NCBI RefSeq assembly: GCF_000737315.1
Contig: NZ_JMCB01000004.1
Span: forward strand, 20,001-268,000
From: Hyalangium minutum
Lineage (GTDB): Bacteria; Myxococcota; Myxococcia; Myxococcales; Myxococcaceae
Length of the DNA stretch: 248,000 nt
Direction: 5' to 3'
Below, piece after piece: positions 175,390 to 185,986 of this stretch. The notes under the pieces are model-generated. The model ran no database searches and was not told where the DNA came from. It worked only from the letters and a program-made list of their open reading frames with translations. The position numbers were made by a program, and so were the translations under genes. The first letter of the stretch is position 1, and each line of letters opens with the position of its first letter.

Positions 175390-177045
175390 TCACACTGTGA
175401 CGCCGGGGATCTTCACTCCGCGCTTGTGCGCGACGTCCACGGCCTCGGGATAGCCCGCGTCCACGTGCCGCAGCACGCCCATGCCCGGATCCGAGGTGAG
175501 CACGCGCTCGATGCGCCGTGCGGCCTCCGGCGTGCCATCCGCCACGATGACCTGGCCCGAGTGCAGCGAGTAGCCCATGCCCACGCCACCGCCGTGGTGG
175601 AAGGACACCCACGAGGCGCCGTTCACCGCGTTCACCAGCGCGTTGAGGATGGGCCAGTCCGCCACCGCGTCCGAGCCGTCCTTCATCGCCTCCGTCTCGC
175701 GGTTGGGCGAGGCCACCGAGCCGCAGTCCAGGTGATCGCGGCCGATGACGATGGGCGCCTTCACCTCGCCCTTGCGCACCAGCTCGTTGAACACGAGGCC
175801 CGCCTTCGCGCGCTCGCCGTAGCCCAGCCAGCAGATGCGTGCCGGCAGTCCCTGGAACGCCACGCGCTGCTGCGCCATGGTGATCCACCGCCGCAGCGAT
175901 TCCTTCTCCGGGAACAGCTCCAGCACCGCGCGGTCCGTGCGGCGGATGTCCTCTGGATCTCCGGACAGCGCCACCCAGCGGAAGGGCCCCAGGCCCTCGC
176001 AGAACATGGGGCGGATGTACGCGGGCACGAAGCCCGGGAACTCGAATGCGTTCTCCTTGCCGCCCGCCTGCGCCTGCCCGCGCAGGTTGTTGCCGTAGTC
176101 GAACACGTGGCTGCCCGCGTTCTGGAAGTCGATCATGGCCTGCACGTGCATCGCCATGGTCTCCCGCGCCCGGCGCACGTAGCCCTCGGGGTCCCGGCGC
176201 CGCAGCTCCGCTGCCGCCTCCAGCGACAGATCCGCGGGGATGTAGCCGTTGAGCGGATCATGCGCGCTCGTCTGATCCGTCACCAGATCCGGCTTGATGC
176301 CGCGCCGGTACAGCTCGCGGAACACCGTGGCCGCGTTGCCAATCACGGCGATGGAGCGGCCCTCGCGCTTCTGCTGGGACTGCTTCACCAGCGCCAGCGC
176401 CTCGTCCAGATCCTTGGCCACCACATCCAGGTAGCGCGTCTCCACGCGGCGCTGGGCGCGCTGGGGATCGATCTCCACGCCCAGGAACACGGCGTTGCAC
176501 ATGGTGGCCGCCAGCGGCTGCGCCCCGCCCATACCGCCCAGCCCGCCCGACAGCACCAGCCGCCCGCTCAGGTCCGCCGAGCCGAAGTGCGTGCGGCCCG
176601 CCTGCGCGAACGTCTCATACGTGCCCTGCAGAATCCCCTGCGTGCCGATGTAGATCCACGAGCCGGCCGTCATCTGGCCGTACATCATCAGTCCCTTCTT
176701 CTCCAGCTCGTGGAAGTGCTCCCAGGTGGCCCAGCGGCCCACGAGGTTGGAGTTGGCCAGCAGCACACGCGGAGCGTCCGGGTGGGTCCGCAGGATGCCC
176801 ACCGGCTTGCCCGACTGGACGAGGAGCGTTTCCTCGTCTGAAAGCTCTTTCAAGCTGGCGATGATCCGATCATAGGAAGGCCAGTCGCGCGCGGCCTTGC
176901 CGGTGCCGCCGTAGACGACGAGATCCTCAGGGCGCTCGGCCACATCCGGATCCAGGTTGTTCATCAGCATCCGGAGCGCGGCCTCCTGGACCCAGCCCTT
177001 GCAAGAGCGGGCAGTGCCTCTGGGGGCGCGGATGACGCGGGACAT
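175390..177045 (-). CDS. hutU: Urocanate hydratase
   Basis: [32 protein letters not shown]. Confidence 0.97.
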   Translation of the reverse strand: MSRVIRAPRGTARSCKGWVQEAALRMLMNNLDPDVAERPEDLVVYGGTGKAARDWPSYDRIIASLKELSDEETLLVQSGKPVGILRTHPDAPRVLLANSNLVGRWATWEHFHELEKKGLMMYGQMTAGSWIYIGTQGILQGTYETFAQAGRTHFGSADLSGRLVLSGGLGGMGGAQPLAATMCNAVFLGVEIDPQRAQRRVETRYLDVVAKDLDEALALVKQSQQKREGRSIAVIGNAATVFRELYRRGIKPDLVTDQTSAHDPLNGYIPADLSLEAAAELRRRDPEGYVRRARETMAMHVQAMIDFQNAGSHVFDYGNNLRGQAQAGGKENAFEFPGFVPAYIRPMFCEGLGPFRWVALSGDPEDIRRTDRAVLELFPEKESLRRWITMAQQRVAFQGLPARICWLGYGERAKAGLVFNELVRKGEVKAPIVIGRDHLDCGSVASPNRETEAMKDGSDAVADWPILNALVNAVNGASWVSFHHGGGVGMGYSLHSGQVIVADGTPEAARRIERVLTSDPGMGVLRHVDAGYPEAVDVAHKRGVKIPGVTV

Positions 177046-177174
177046 AAGTACTCCGTGGGTCAGGGATGACTGCTAGAAGGGCGGGCAGCCTAGCCGAACT
177101 CCTGGGGCACGCGAGTGCCGTGTGCCGGACAAAATCTTCTCTCGGCTGGTACAATCGCCGCTGGACGAGGGGCT

Positions 177175-177549
177175 ATGTCCGTTCCGAAAAAAATCCTGCT
177201 GGTCGATGACTCACCCACGGTCCTGTTGATGGAGCGGCTGCTCCTGCAAGACGGGCCATACGAGCTGCTCAGCGCCAGCAGTGGCGCCGAGGCGGTAGAG
177301 CGGGCCTTGGCCGATCGTCCCGAGCTCATCCTCATGGACGTGGTGATGCCGGGGATGGACGGCTTCGAGGTGTGCCGCCGGCTCCGTGCCGAGGAGTCCA
177401 CGCGTGCCACGCCCATCATCCTGGTGACGACGCGCGGCGGCCCCGAGCACGTGGAGAAAGGCTACGAGAGCGGCTGCAGCGACTACGTGACCAAGCCGTT
177501 CGATGGCAACGAGCTGAGGGCCAAGATCGAGAGCTTCCTGGGTCACTGA
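177175..177549 (+). CDS. CheY-like response regulator
   Basis: LVDDS, MDVVMPG, TKPF. Confidence 0.92.
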   Translation: MSVPKKILLVDDSPTVLLMERLLLQDGPYELLSASSGAEAVERALADRPELILMDVVMPGMDGFEVCRRLRAEESTRATPIILVTTRGGPEHVEKGYESGCSDYVTKPFDGNELRAKIESFLGH

Positions 177550-178550
177550 TGGCGGCCGACTCCAAACCCGCTCCCGTCCTCCGCCCGAGGGTGGCGGCAG
177601 CCCTCCAGCGTTTGAAGGACATCCGCCCAGGAGAGGCGGCGGGGGCGGTGGGGGAGATCGTGTCCCAGCTCATGGGCTGCGAGGAGCACGTCCTGCTCGC
177701 GCTCGAGCCGGGAGGAGAGCGCTTCGTCGTGTCCTCGGCCATGGGGCTCCCGCCGGAGCGGCTCCAGGCCCTCCTGGTGCCCACGGGCATTGTCGGGCAG
177801 GTGGCCCGGCATGGTGTGCCCTACGTCATCGGCCGGACCAGCTCCGTGGGCGCGGCCCCTCACGAGGCAGGGCTTACCGCCTGCATCCCGATCCTGTCCG
177901 GCCGGCAGGTGAGGGGCGTGCTCGCGCTGTTCCGGATGCTCCCCCAGAAGCGCGGGCTGTCCGACGAGGACCTCGAGCTGTTGGATTTACTCCGCGTGCA
178001 AGGGGCTGCGGCCGTGTCCGAGCCGCGTCAGGGGTTCATTGCCCCGTACGAGCCGCAGCTGTCGTATCCCCTGGGGGAGCCTGCTTCGCTGCGGACGGTC
178101 TACCTGGAGCCGGGGGGCCTGATGGCGGCGTCGCGTCCCACCGAGGTGACGACCATTCTGGGCTCTTGTGTCTCCGTGTGCCTGTGGGACGAGCGTCTGC
178201 GCGTGGGGGGGATGAACCACTTCCTGCTCCCCACCGCGCCCTACGGGCAGGCTCAGAGCAGCCGTCATGGCGATGCCGCCATCCCCATGTTGCTGAGAGA
178301 GCTGGAGCGGCTGGGAAGCCAGCGGTCGAACCTGAGGGCGAAGGTGTTTGGGGGCGCTCATATGGCGGGTCTCTCGGCACCCGGCGCAGCGCTGACCCTG
178401 GGCGAGCGCAATGCCGAACTGGCCCGTCGTCTGTTGGGGGAGGTGGGGATCGCCATCGTTGCCGAAGATCTCGGTGGGCGAGCGGGCAGGAAGTTGCGCT
178501 TTCGCACCGACGATGGAATGGCTCTGGTGAAGACGTTGAGGGCGGGCTGA
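177549..178550 (+). CDS. cheD: GAF domain fused to CheD deamidase
   Basis: N-terminal GAF; TILGSCVSVC, GMNHFLLP, AKVFGG, EDLGG. Confidence 0.82.
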   Translation: MAADSKPAPVLRPRVAAALQRLKDIRPGEAAGAVGEIVSQLMGCEEHVLLALEPGGERFVVSSAMGLPPERLQALLVPTGIVGQVARHGVPYVIGRTSSVGAAPHEAGLTACIPILSGRQVRGVLALFRMLPQKRGLSDEDLELLDLLRVQGAAAVSEPRQGFIAPYEPQLSYPLGEPASLRTVYLEPGGLMAASRPTEVTTILGSCVSVCLWDERLRVGGMNHFLLPTAPYGQAQSSRHGDAAIPMLLRELERLGSQRSNLRAKVFGGAHMAGLSAPGAALTLGERNAELARRLLGEVGIAIVAEDLGGRAGRKLRFRTDDGMALVKTLRAG

Positions 178551-178568
178551 CTGGCCGAGAGAAGAGTC

Positions 178569-178943
178569 ATGGAAGGACATAAGAAGATCCTGCTGGTCGA
178601 TGACTCACCCACGGTCCTGCTGATGGAGCGAATCCTCCTACAGGACGGACCGTATGAGATCATCACTGCTGCCAGTGGAGAAGAGGCGCTGACGCTCGCG
178701 CTCTCCGAGCAGCCGCACGCCATCGTGATGGACGTGGTGATGCCGGGAATGAACGGCTACGAGGTGTGCCGCCGGCTGCGCGATCAGGAGTCCACGCGCA
178801 CCACGCCCATCATCCTGGTGACGACGCGCTCCAGCCTGGAGTCGCTCGAGCGCGGCTACGCGAGCGGCTGCAATGACTACATCGTCAAGCCCTTCGAGGC
178901 CATGGAACTGCGGATGAAGATCGCCAGCTTCGTGGGGTCCTGA
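178569..178943 (+). CDS. CheY-like response regulator
   Basis: Paralog of 177175. Confidence 0.92.
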   Translation: MEGHKKILLVDDSPTVLLMERILLQDGPYEIITAASGEEALTLALSEQPHAIVMDVVMPGMNGYEVCRRLRDQESTRTTPIILVTTRSSLESLERGYASGCNDYIVKPFEAMELRMKIASFVGS

Positions 178944-180577
178944 TGAAGACGGATCTGGATGCGGTTCGCACGGCGTTTCGCGCCGAGGCCACGGAACTGC
179001 TCGCCGGGCTGGAGAAGGACTTCCTGGCGCTGGAGTCCGCCTCGGATCCCGCGGCGATCGAGAGCGTGCTGCGCTCCGTGCACACGCTCAAGGGCAACTC
179101 CCTGCTGATGGGCTTCCCGGCCGCGTCCGAGGTGGCCCACCGCGTGGAGGATCTGCTCGCGCGGCTGTCTCACCGCACGCGCCCGGTGACGGCGGAGCTG
179201 GTGACGCTGCTGCTGCAGGCGGTGGACACACTCCGGGTGATGCTCGCGGCGCACGGCTCGGAAGGCCGCGAGGCCCCGGATGTGCCCGAGATCCAGCGCC
179301 GGTTGCAGGAGGCGGCGGGCGCGGAGCTGCCCACGGACAGCGCCCCCGCGCCCGAGGGAGCGACCCCTGAGAAGGCCGCCGAGGCCCCGGTGCCCGTCAC
179401 CGCCGAGCGGACGCTGCGAGTGGGGCTGGACCGGCTGGACCGGATGCTGGACCTCACGGGGGAGATCGCCATCTCGCGCGGGCGGCTCACGGCCATGCTG
179501 GAGCAGGCGCACCGCTACTCGCCCCAGGAACTGCTCGAGGCGCACCGCGACGCGGACCGCCTGTACTTGGATCTTCAGGAACTGGTGCTGAAGGCGCGGA
179601 TGGTGCCCATTGGGCGCGCCTTCCAGCCCTTCGCGCGGACGCTGCGCGACTTGTGCGAGGCGTCAGGCAAGCTGGTCCGGCTGGAGGTGAGCGGCGAGGA
179701 CGTGGAGGTGGACACCGCCGTGGTGGACCTCATCCGGGATCCGCTCCTGCACCTGGTGCGCAACGCGGTGGATCACGGCATCGAGACTCCCGCGGTCCGC
179801 AAGCGGCTCGGCAAGGAGTACTACGGCACGTTGAAGCTGAGGGCCTCCCATGAGGCCGGGAGCATCGTCATCGAAGTGGAGGACGATGGCGCCGGGCTCA
179901 ACCGCGAGCGCATCCGCGCGCGGGCTCAGGCCCTGGGGCTGCTCCAGCCGGGCGAGGAGCGCCCGGACGCGGAGCTGTTCCTTCTCATCTTCACGCCGGG
180001 CTTCTCCACGGCCGAGCGCGTCACCGAGCTGTCGGGCCGGGGCATCGGCATGGACGTGGTGAAGCGCAACATCGAGAACCTGCGCGGCTCCATCGCCATC
180101 GACACCCGAGAGGGGCGGGGCACCACCATCCACATGCGCCTGCCGCTGACGCTCTCCATCATCGAGGGCTTCTCGGTGAAGGTGGGGGAGGAGACGTACA
180201 TCCTGCCCCTGCAGAGCGTGCTCGAGTGCGTGGAGTTGCCCGAGACCGAGAAGCGCCCAGGGCACACCGGTGTGCTCAACCTGCGGGGCCAGCCGCTGCC
180301 CTACCTGCGGCTGCGCGAGCATTTCTCCGTGGAGGGGCCGCCCCCCGCCCGAGAGAGCGTGGTCGTCATCTCCCAAGGCCGGGGACAGGCGGGCCTCGCC
180401 GTGGACGCGCTGCTTGGGCAGGGTCAGACGGTCGTCAAGCCGCTCGGCAAGGTGTTCCAGGACGTCTCTGGTGTTTCAGGCTCCGCCATCCTCGGCACCG
180501 GCCGGGTCGCCCTGATCCTCGACGTTCCTTCACTCCTTCAAAAAGCGCTCCGCAACCTTCCAGCCGCAGCGTCGTAA
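178943..180577 (+). CDS. cheA: Chemotaxis histidine kinase CheA (no P2)
   Basis: HTLKG Hpt, HLVRNAVDHG, GRGIGMDVV, CheW domain. Confidence 0.96.
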   Translation: MKTDLDAVRTAFRAEATELLAGLEKDFLALESASDPAAIESVLRSVHTLKGNSLLMGFPAASEVAHRVEDLLARLSHRTRPVTAELVTLLLQAVDTLRVMLAAHGSEGREAPDVPEIQRRLQEAAGAELPTDSAPAPEGATPEKAAEAPVPVTAERTLRVGLDRLDRMLDLTGEIAISRGRLTAMLEQAHRYSPQELLEAHRDADRLYLDLQELVLKARMVPIGRAFQPFARTLRDLCEASGKLVRLEVSGEDVEVDTAVVDLIRDPLLHLVRNAVDHGIETPAVRKRLGKEYYGTLKLRASHEAGSIVIEVEDDGAGLNRERIRARAQALGLLQPGEERPDAELFLLIFTPGFSTAERVTELSGRGIGMDVVKRNIENLRGSIAIDTREGRGTTIHMRLPLTLSIIEGFSVKVGEETYILPLQSVLECVELPETEKRPGHTGVLNLRGQPLPYLRLREHFSVEGPPPARESVVVISQGRGQAGLAVDALLGQGQTVVKPLGKVFQDVSGVSGSAILGTGRVALILDVPSLLQKALRNLPAAAS

Positions 180578-180604
180578 GCCGTAAACCGTAGTCCGCTTTG
180601 GGGA

Positions 180605-182326
180605 ATGCCCATGTCCTGGTTTCAGAATCTGAAGATCTTCCCCAAGCTGCTCATTGCCCTGTCGTTGGTGCTGGGCATCGCCACGGGCATTGGCGTCTTC
180701 GCCGTCCGGCAGTTGGCGGACCTGCATCGCGCCATGCGGAACATCGTCGATGACGAGATGGAGTCGGTCTTCCAGGTCTCCTCCATCGTGAGTGATTTTC
180801 GCGCCTACCGGGTCGCCGAGCTGCAGCATGTGCTCGCCTCGGATCCGGAGCCGATGGCGCGCTACGAACGCATCATGGACGAGCTGTCCAAGCAGATGAC
180901 CAACGCCGCTATGGCCTACGAGCCGCTCATCGTCGACAACGAGGAGCGCCGCATCTATGCGGAGCTCGGGGCTCTCTGGAGGGAGTACCAAGCCGAGCAT
181001 GAGAAGCTCTTGGCAGTGTCGCGGCGGAACGAGGACGAGCAGGCCCGGGTGATCATCAATGGCCAGTCCGCGAAGATCTTCGAAGAGATGGCCTCCAAGC
181101 AGTTGGGCCTGGTGGGCATCAACCTCCGGACCAGCCGTGACGCCGCGACGGTTGCGGATCACACCTATGAGGACGCCCGGCAGTTGATCACCGTCCTGTT
181201 GGTGGCGGGGTTTCTGATGGGCTTCTTCTTGTGCACGCTCATTTCCCTGAGCATCTCCCGGCCGCTGTCGCATGCCGCGCAGGTGGCCGGCCGCATCGCC
181301 GAGGGAGATCTGTCGGTGCGCCTCGACGAGGATCGCCAGGACGAGACGGGCATGCTGCTGGCCGCCATGCGCTCCATGGTCCAGCGGCTCGCGCAAGTCA
181401 TCGGCGAGGTGAGGGCCGGGGCGGTGGCGTTGACGTCGGCGGCCGCGCAGGTGTCCTCCTCCTCGCAGAGCCTCTCCCAAGGCACCGCCGAGCAGGCCAG
181501 CAGCGTGGAAGAGACCACGGCCAGCCTGGAGGAGATGAACGCCACCATCGAGCAGAACAGCCAGCACAGCCGGCTCATGGAGCAGATCGCCGTCAAGGGC
181601 GCCCAGGAGGCCAGCGAGAGCGGCGAGGCCGTCAAGCAGACGGTGGATGCGATGGGCGCCATCGCCAAGAAGATCAACATCATCGAGGAGATCGCCTACC
181701 AGACGAACCTGCTGGCGCTGAACGCGGCCATCGAGGCGGCCCGGGCCGGGGAGCACGGCAAGGGCTTTGCGGTGGTGGCCACGGAGGTGCGCAAGCTGGC
181801 CGAGCGCAGCCGCGCGGCGGCCCAGGAGATCAGCGAGCTGGCGGGTAAGAGCGTGAAGGTGTCAGAGCGCTCCGGCGAGCTGCTGCAGGCACTGGTGCCG
181901 TCCATCCAGAAGACGGCGCAGCTGGTGCAGGAGGTGGTGGCCGCCAGCGGCGAGCAGGCAGTGGGCGTGCGGCAGGTGAACCGGGCGATGATGCAGGTGG
182001 ATCAGGTGACGCAGCGCAACGCCTCCGCTGCCGAGGAGCTGTCCGCCACGGCGGAGGAGATGTCCGCGCAGGCCGACACGCTGCAGCAGCTCGTGTCGTT
182101 CTTCCGCGTGGGAGAGTCCGAGAGCCGGACGCCATGGCCGACCTTGCATAAGCCCGGCGGCGGCAAGCCCGCGCAGGCTGGCAAGGCCCCTCCCGCGTGG
182201 AGCGATTCCGACGCGGTGCATGGCCTGAAGGCGATCAGCCACGGGTCGCTCTCCCATCCGCCCTCGAAGGAAGAGAAGAGGCTATCGGCCCTGTCCTCTG
182301 AGGATCGTGAGTTCAAGCGCTTCTAG
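180605..182326 (+). CDS. Methyl-accepting chemotaxis protein (4HB, HAMP)
   Basis: [27 protein letters not shown]; C-terminal EFKRF pentapeptide. Confidence 0.96.
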   Translation: MPMSWFQNLKIFPKLLIALSLVLGIATGIGVFAVRQLADLHRAMRNIVDDEMESVFQVSSIVSDFRAYRVAELQHVLASDPEPMARYERIMDELSKQMTNAAMAYEPLIVDNEERRIYAELGALWREYQAEHEKLLAVSRRNEDEQARVIINGQSAKIFEEMASKQLGLVGINLRTSRDAATVADHTYEDARQLITVLLVAGFLMGFFLCTLISLSISRPLSHAAQVAGRIAEGDLSVRLDEDRQDETGMLLAAMRSMVQRLAQVIGEVRAGAVALTSAAAQVSSSSQSLSQGTAEQASSVEETTASLEEMNATIEQNSQHSRLMEQIAVKGAQEASESGEAVKQTVDAMGAIAKKINIIEEIAYQTNLLALNAAIEAARAGEHGKGFAVVATEVRKLAERSRAAAQEISELAGKSVKVSERSGELLQALVPSIQKTAQLVQEVVAASGEQAVGVRQVNRAMMQVDQVTQRNASAAEELSATAEEMSAQADTLQQLVSFFRVGESESRTPWPTLHKPGGGKPAQAGKAPPAWSDSDAVHGLKAISHGSLSHPPSKEEKRLSALSSEDREFKRF

Positions 182327-182335
182327 GAGCCCGCC

Positions 182336-182836
182336 ATGAGCCAGCCTGCGGCCTCGTCTGTCGTGCAGTACCTGAGCTTCTTCATTGCTGGAGAGGAGTA
182401 TGCCGTCGGGATCCTCCAGGTTCGGGAGATCATCGAGCATGACTCGGTGACGCGCGTGCCCGGTGCGCCCGCCTGGATCCGCGGGGTGACGAACCTGCGG
182501 GGCAGCGTGCTCCCCGTCATCGATCTGGCGATGAAGTTCGGCCTGCCGCCCAGCACCATCAACCGCCGCAGCTGCATCGTCGTGGTGGAGGTGGCGTTCC
182601 AGGGCGAGAAGCTGGTGATGGGGATGCTGGCGGATGCCGTCGGGCAGGTGCTGGATCTCGGCTCCGGGGACGTGGAGCCGCCGCCCGCCTTCGGTACGCC
182701 CGTGCACGCCGACTACCTCGCCGGGATGGGAAAGGCGGGGAGGAAGTTCATCCTCCTGCTGGACATCGATCGGCTGCTGAACCACCAGGAGCTCCGGGCC
182801 GCCAGCGCGGTGACGCCCGAGCGCGCGGCCTCATGA
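182336..182836 (+). CDS. cheW: CheW
   Basis: GVTNLRGSVLPVIDL. Confidence 0.95.
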   Translation: MSQPAASSVVQYLSFFIAGEEYAVGILQVREIIEHDSVTRVPGAPAWIRGVTNLRGSVLPVIDLAMKFGLPPSTINRRSCIVVVEVAFQGEKLVMGMLADAVGQVLDLGSGDVEPPPAFGTPVHADYLAGMGKAGRKFILLLDIDRLLNHQELRAASAVTPERAAS

Positions 182837-183723
182837 GCCAGGAGCCCAGTCCTTCGCCGCTGGCCTCTGAGCCGCTGGCCTTCGTAGGCCTGCCGGAGCT
182901 GTCCGACCGCGTCTTCTACAGCTACCGGAGGCTCATCTACCAGGAGGCTGGCATCTACCTGGGGCCGCACAAGAAGGCGCTGCTGATGGGGCGGCTGTCC
183001 CGCCGGCTGCGTGAGCTGGGGATCTCCTTCGGCGCCTACCTGCACCAGGTGGAGGAGGACGCGATCGAGCGTGCGCGGATGCTGGAGGCCATCTGCACGC
183101 ACGAGACGCGCTTCTTCCGCGAGCCCCGGCACTTCGACTTCCTCGAGCGCGAGGTGCTGCCTCGGTGGGTCTCTCAGGGAGGCACGGATTCGGGCGGCAA
183201 GCAGGTGCGGATCTGGAGCGCGGGGTGCTCCTCGGGTGAGGAGGCCTTCTCGCTGGCCATGGTGCTGCGCTACCACCTGCCTGCGGAGGAGGGGTGGACG
183301 ATCGAGATCCTCGCGACGGATCTGTCCACGCGCATCCTGGAGCGCGCGCGCCAGACGCTGTGGCCCTTGGATCGCGCAACGGAGATCCCCACCCGCTACC
183401 TCAAGGCCTTCATGCTCCGTGGCACCGGCAGCCAGGAGGGGGTGATGAAGGCAGGCCCCGAGCTGCGCCCGCTGGTCCAGTTCCAGCGCGTCAACCTCAA
183501 CGAGGAGAGCCTCCCGGTGCTCGGCCGTTTCGATCTCCTTTTCTGCCGCAACGTCTTCATCTACTTCGACGCGGCCTCCAAGGCCCGGGCGGTGGATCGG
183601 CTTGTCGGACGCCTCGCCTCCAAGGGCTACTTCTTCGTCGGCCACGCAGAGAGCCTGGGCGCCGTGACGCACCGCCTCCAGCTTGTCCAGCCCACCATCT
183701 ACACCCTGGTTGCGGCGGACTAG
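182833..183723 (+). CDS. cheR: CheR methyltransferase
   Basis: IWSAGCSSGEE, ATDLS, CRNVFIYF. Confidence 0.95.
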   Translation: MSQEPSPSPLASEPLAFVGLPELSDRVFYSYRRLIYQEAGIYLGPHKKALLMGRLSRRLRELGISFGAYLHQVEEDAIERARMLEAICTHETRFFREPRHFDFLEREVLPRWVSQGGTDSGGKQVRIWSAGCSSGEEAFSLAMVLRYHLPAEEGWTIEILATDLSTRILERARQTLWPLDRATEIPTRYLKAFMLRGTGSQEGVMKAGPELRPLVQFQRVNLNEESLPVLGRFDLLFCRNVFIYFDAASKARAVDRLVGRLASKGYFFVGHAESLGAVTHRLQLVQPTIYTLVAAD

Positions 183724-183849
183724 GCGGGTTTCACGGCTCTGGCTTGGGCAGCGGGGAAAACGGGAATGACTTGATGGGCCTGTAAAATTCGGCTATGGTC
183801 GAATCATCCAATTCAGGGAACCCCCTTCCCGTGAAGACAGGAGGCATGG

Positions 183850-184395
183850 ATGAAGCGCCTGCTGCTGTTGCCCTTCTCGCTGGTTGCCACCCTCGGCTTC
183901 GGTTGTAGTAATTCCTCTTCAGGAGACGCACCTCAGCCCACACAGCAGGTGCAAGTAAAGAAGCGGACGCAGGCGCTGAGCACCGACCGGGTGACGTTGG
184001 AGGAGGTGGCGGTGAGCGAGGCGGTGCTGACTGCGGCGGGGAGCGAGGCCTCCGTGCGCGCGTTCCGGATCGTGTCGTCCGCGGAGGACATCACGATGGG
184101 AGAGCTCGCCTCGGCGGCGCACGTGGTGGGCGCCTCGGAGGTGGCGAACCTGCCGTGGCAGGTCGAGGCCGAGCGGGGCCAGGACGACACGCGCCGGGCG
184201 CTGAAGTACCTGGACGCGCTGGTGCCGGCCATCGAGGCGGAGGTGGGCACGGGCGAGGATTACAACTCGGGCTACCAGCATTGGTTCCAGACGGTAGGAG
184301 AGGATCTCTGCAACCACGGCGACTTCTACAGCCTGGTGTTCAAGCAGACAGGCCTGGTGTTCGTGATCGAGGCCTCGGGCGCCACTGAGTGCTGA
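183850..184395 (+). CDS. Hypothetical lipoprotein
   Basis: GFGC lipobox. Confidence 0.65.
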   Translation: MKRLLLLPFSLVATLGFGCSNSSSGDAPQPTQQVQVKKRTQALSTDRVTLEEVAVSEAVLTAAGSEASVRAFRIVSSAEDITMGELASAAHVVGASEVANLPWQVEAERGQDDTRRALKYLDALVPAIEAEVGTGEDYNSGYQHWFQTVGEDLCNHGDFYSLVFKQTGLVFVIEASGATEC

Positions 184396-184401
184396 TGAGA
184401 C

Positions 184402-184901
184402 TCAGGGGGCGGGCCCAGCGTCCGCCCCTGTGTCCTCGCGGATGATCCGTTCGAGCCATTGGTAGTTTGTGGCGAAGGCGGTGCTCGTGATGGTGGAGTA
184501 GACAGGGGCGCCACCGCCTCGAATGATCCCAATGAGGGTCGGACGCTCCTGACCTTGCTCCCACTTGAAGCAAGGTCCTCCACTGTCTCCCTGGTAGGCA
184601 TGAACGCCGGGCTTGAGCACCCTCAAGAGCTCTCCCTCCACCTGGGAGATCTGCGTGCGCCCGAAGTAACGGTCGCCTGAGCTTGGCTCGGCTGCCAGGG
184701 ATGTATCTCCAAATCCAACTTGCCTCCCAGGATGTAGGGCTGCTCTCTGCGAGGCGGGGCAGAGGACTCGCGCGTCTCCGGGGTGAAGCCCGCGTCAGTC
184801 ACGCAGCCTCCACAGAGAAACAACACCATCAAGCACGGCAGCATTCGGAGTTGAGGCATCAAGGCGGACCTTTCTGGAGAGCGGCCTCCTGGGCGCGTCA
184901 T
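184402..184901 (-). pseudogene. Internally deleted trypsin-like protease remnant
   Basis: N-terminal lipoprotein leader + YILGG (184623-184901) next to GDSGGP C-terminus (184402-184641) in another frame. Confidence 0.55.
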
Positions 184902-185878
184902 GGGGGCTTGGGGCTGCGCACCGTGGAACGCAGCCAGTCACGGTAGGGTGGGATACGGGTGAAGGTGGGCTCCAGGCCCAAGCCCCTGGCCGAGATTCCC
185001 ACCAGAAGCAGACCGTGAGCTCTCTCCCGGAGGCATGGACCGCCGCTGTCTCCTTTGAAGAGTTCTCGCTGGGGTTGCTCGAAGAGGATCCGCTCACTCC
185101 CAGGGGCTGCCGGTCCCACCGCTTTGTAGCGGGTGAAGCGGCGAGCACCCCCGCTGATGTTTCCCTGCAGAGAGTCAGTGCTCGTCCCACCCACGAGGAC
185201 GAAGGGTTCCCCCGGTTGAAGTTCCTCTCGTGAGAGCTGAACCGGGGTGTATTCCCGTTCCACGGGTGTCTCTAAAAGGATGAGCGCCAGATCTGCGCGG
185301 CTGGACTCCACCCTGCCTTCTTTGTCGAGAAGGATCTGGAAGTCGGGGTGAGGCCGAACCTCAGTCCCAGGGTAGGTCTGGGTCCAGCTGCAGGAAGGGA
185401 GGAAGTCATTTCCTTGGGAGGCATCCCAGAGCGACACCGTGATCTTGGGGTGAGACGCGCAGGACGTGCCATCGATAACGACTTTGCCCTGCTGTCCCGG
185501 CGTAGTGACGGGTTTTCTGACGCAGACGCAGTGCCCAGCCGTGAGCACCCACTGCGGAGCGAGCAACACGCTGCTGCACCAGCCATAGATGCCTGCGAGC
185601 ATGGGCTCGGATGTCGTGACCTGAACGGCTGCGGAGTAGCGGTTCCTGAAGTCTTCTCTGCCGGCCAGATCGAGATAGTAGTGCTTACGTGGATAGGGCC
185701 GTTCTGGAGGCAGAGCAGGGTCGGCATCTACAGGCTCGGTAGGTGTGGCTTCAGCAGTCACTGTTCCCGCATCCACCTGTATGGGGCTTGGTTCATGCCG
185801 GCCCTTGCAGCTGATCGTAGTGGCGAGCAGGGCGAGGGTCAGGGGCACGAGGACGCGTGAAGGCCAATGGTGAGTCAT
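184898..185878 (-). CDS. Trypsin-like serine protease lipoprotein
   Basis: LTAGHC, DLAL, GDSGGP. Confidence 0.85.
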   Translation of the reverse strand: MTHHWPSRVLVPLTLALLATTISCKGRHEPSPIQVDAGTVTAEATPTEPVDADPALPPERPYPRKHYYLDLAGREDFRNRYSAAVQVTTSEPMLAGIYGWCSSVLLAPQWVLTAGHCVCVRKPVTTPGQQGKVVIDGTSCASHPKITVSLWDASQGNDFLPSCSWTQTYPGTEVRPHPDFQILLDKEGRVESSRADLALILLETPVEREYTPVQLSREELQPGEPFVLVGGTSTDSLQGNISGGARRFTRYKAVGPAAPGSERILFEQPQRELFKGDSGGPCLRERAHGLLLVGISARGLGLEPTFTRIPPYRDWLRSTVRSPKPP

Positions 185879-185986
185879 CTTCTGGTCTGAAGGGAGCAAG
185901 CAGGCAGCGGCGGCCGATGGAAGGTCGACTAGGATGAGGGTAACAGGCTGTTCGGAGTACGGACATCTGGGTGAGGAGCGGCAGGC

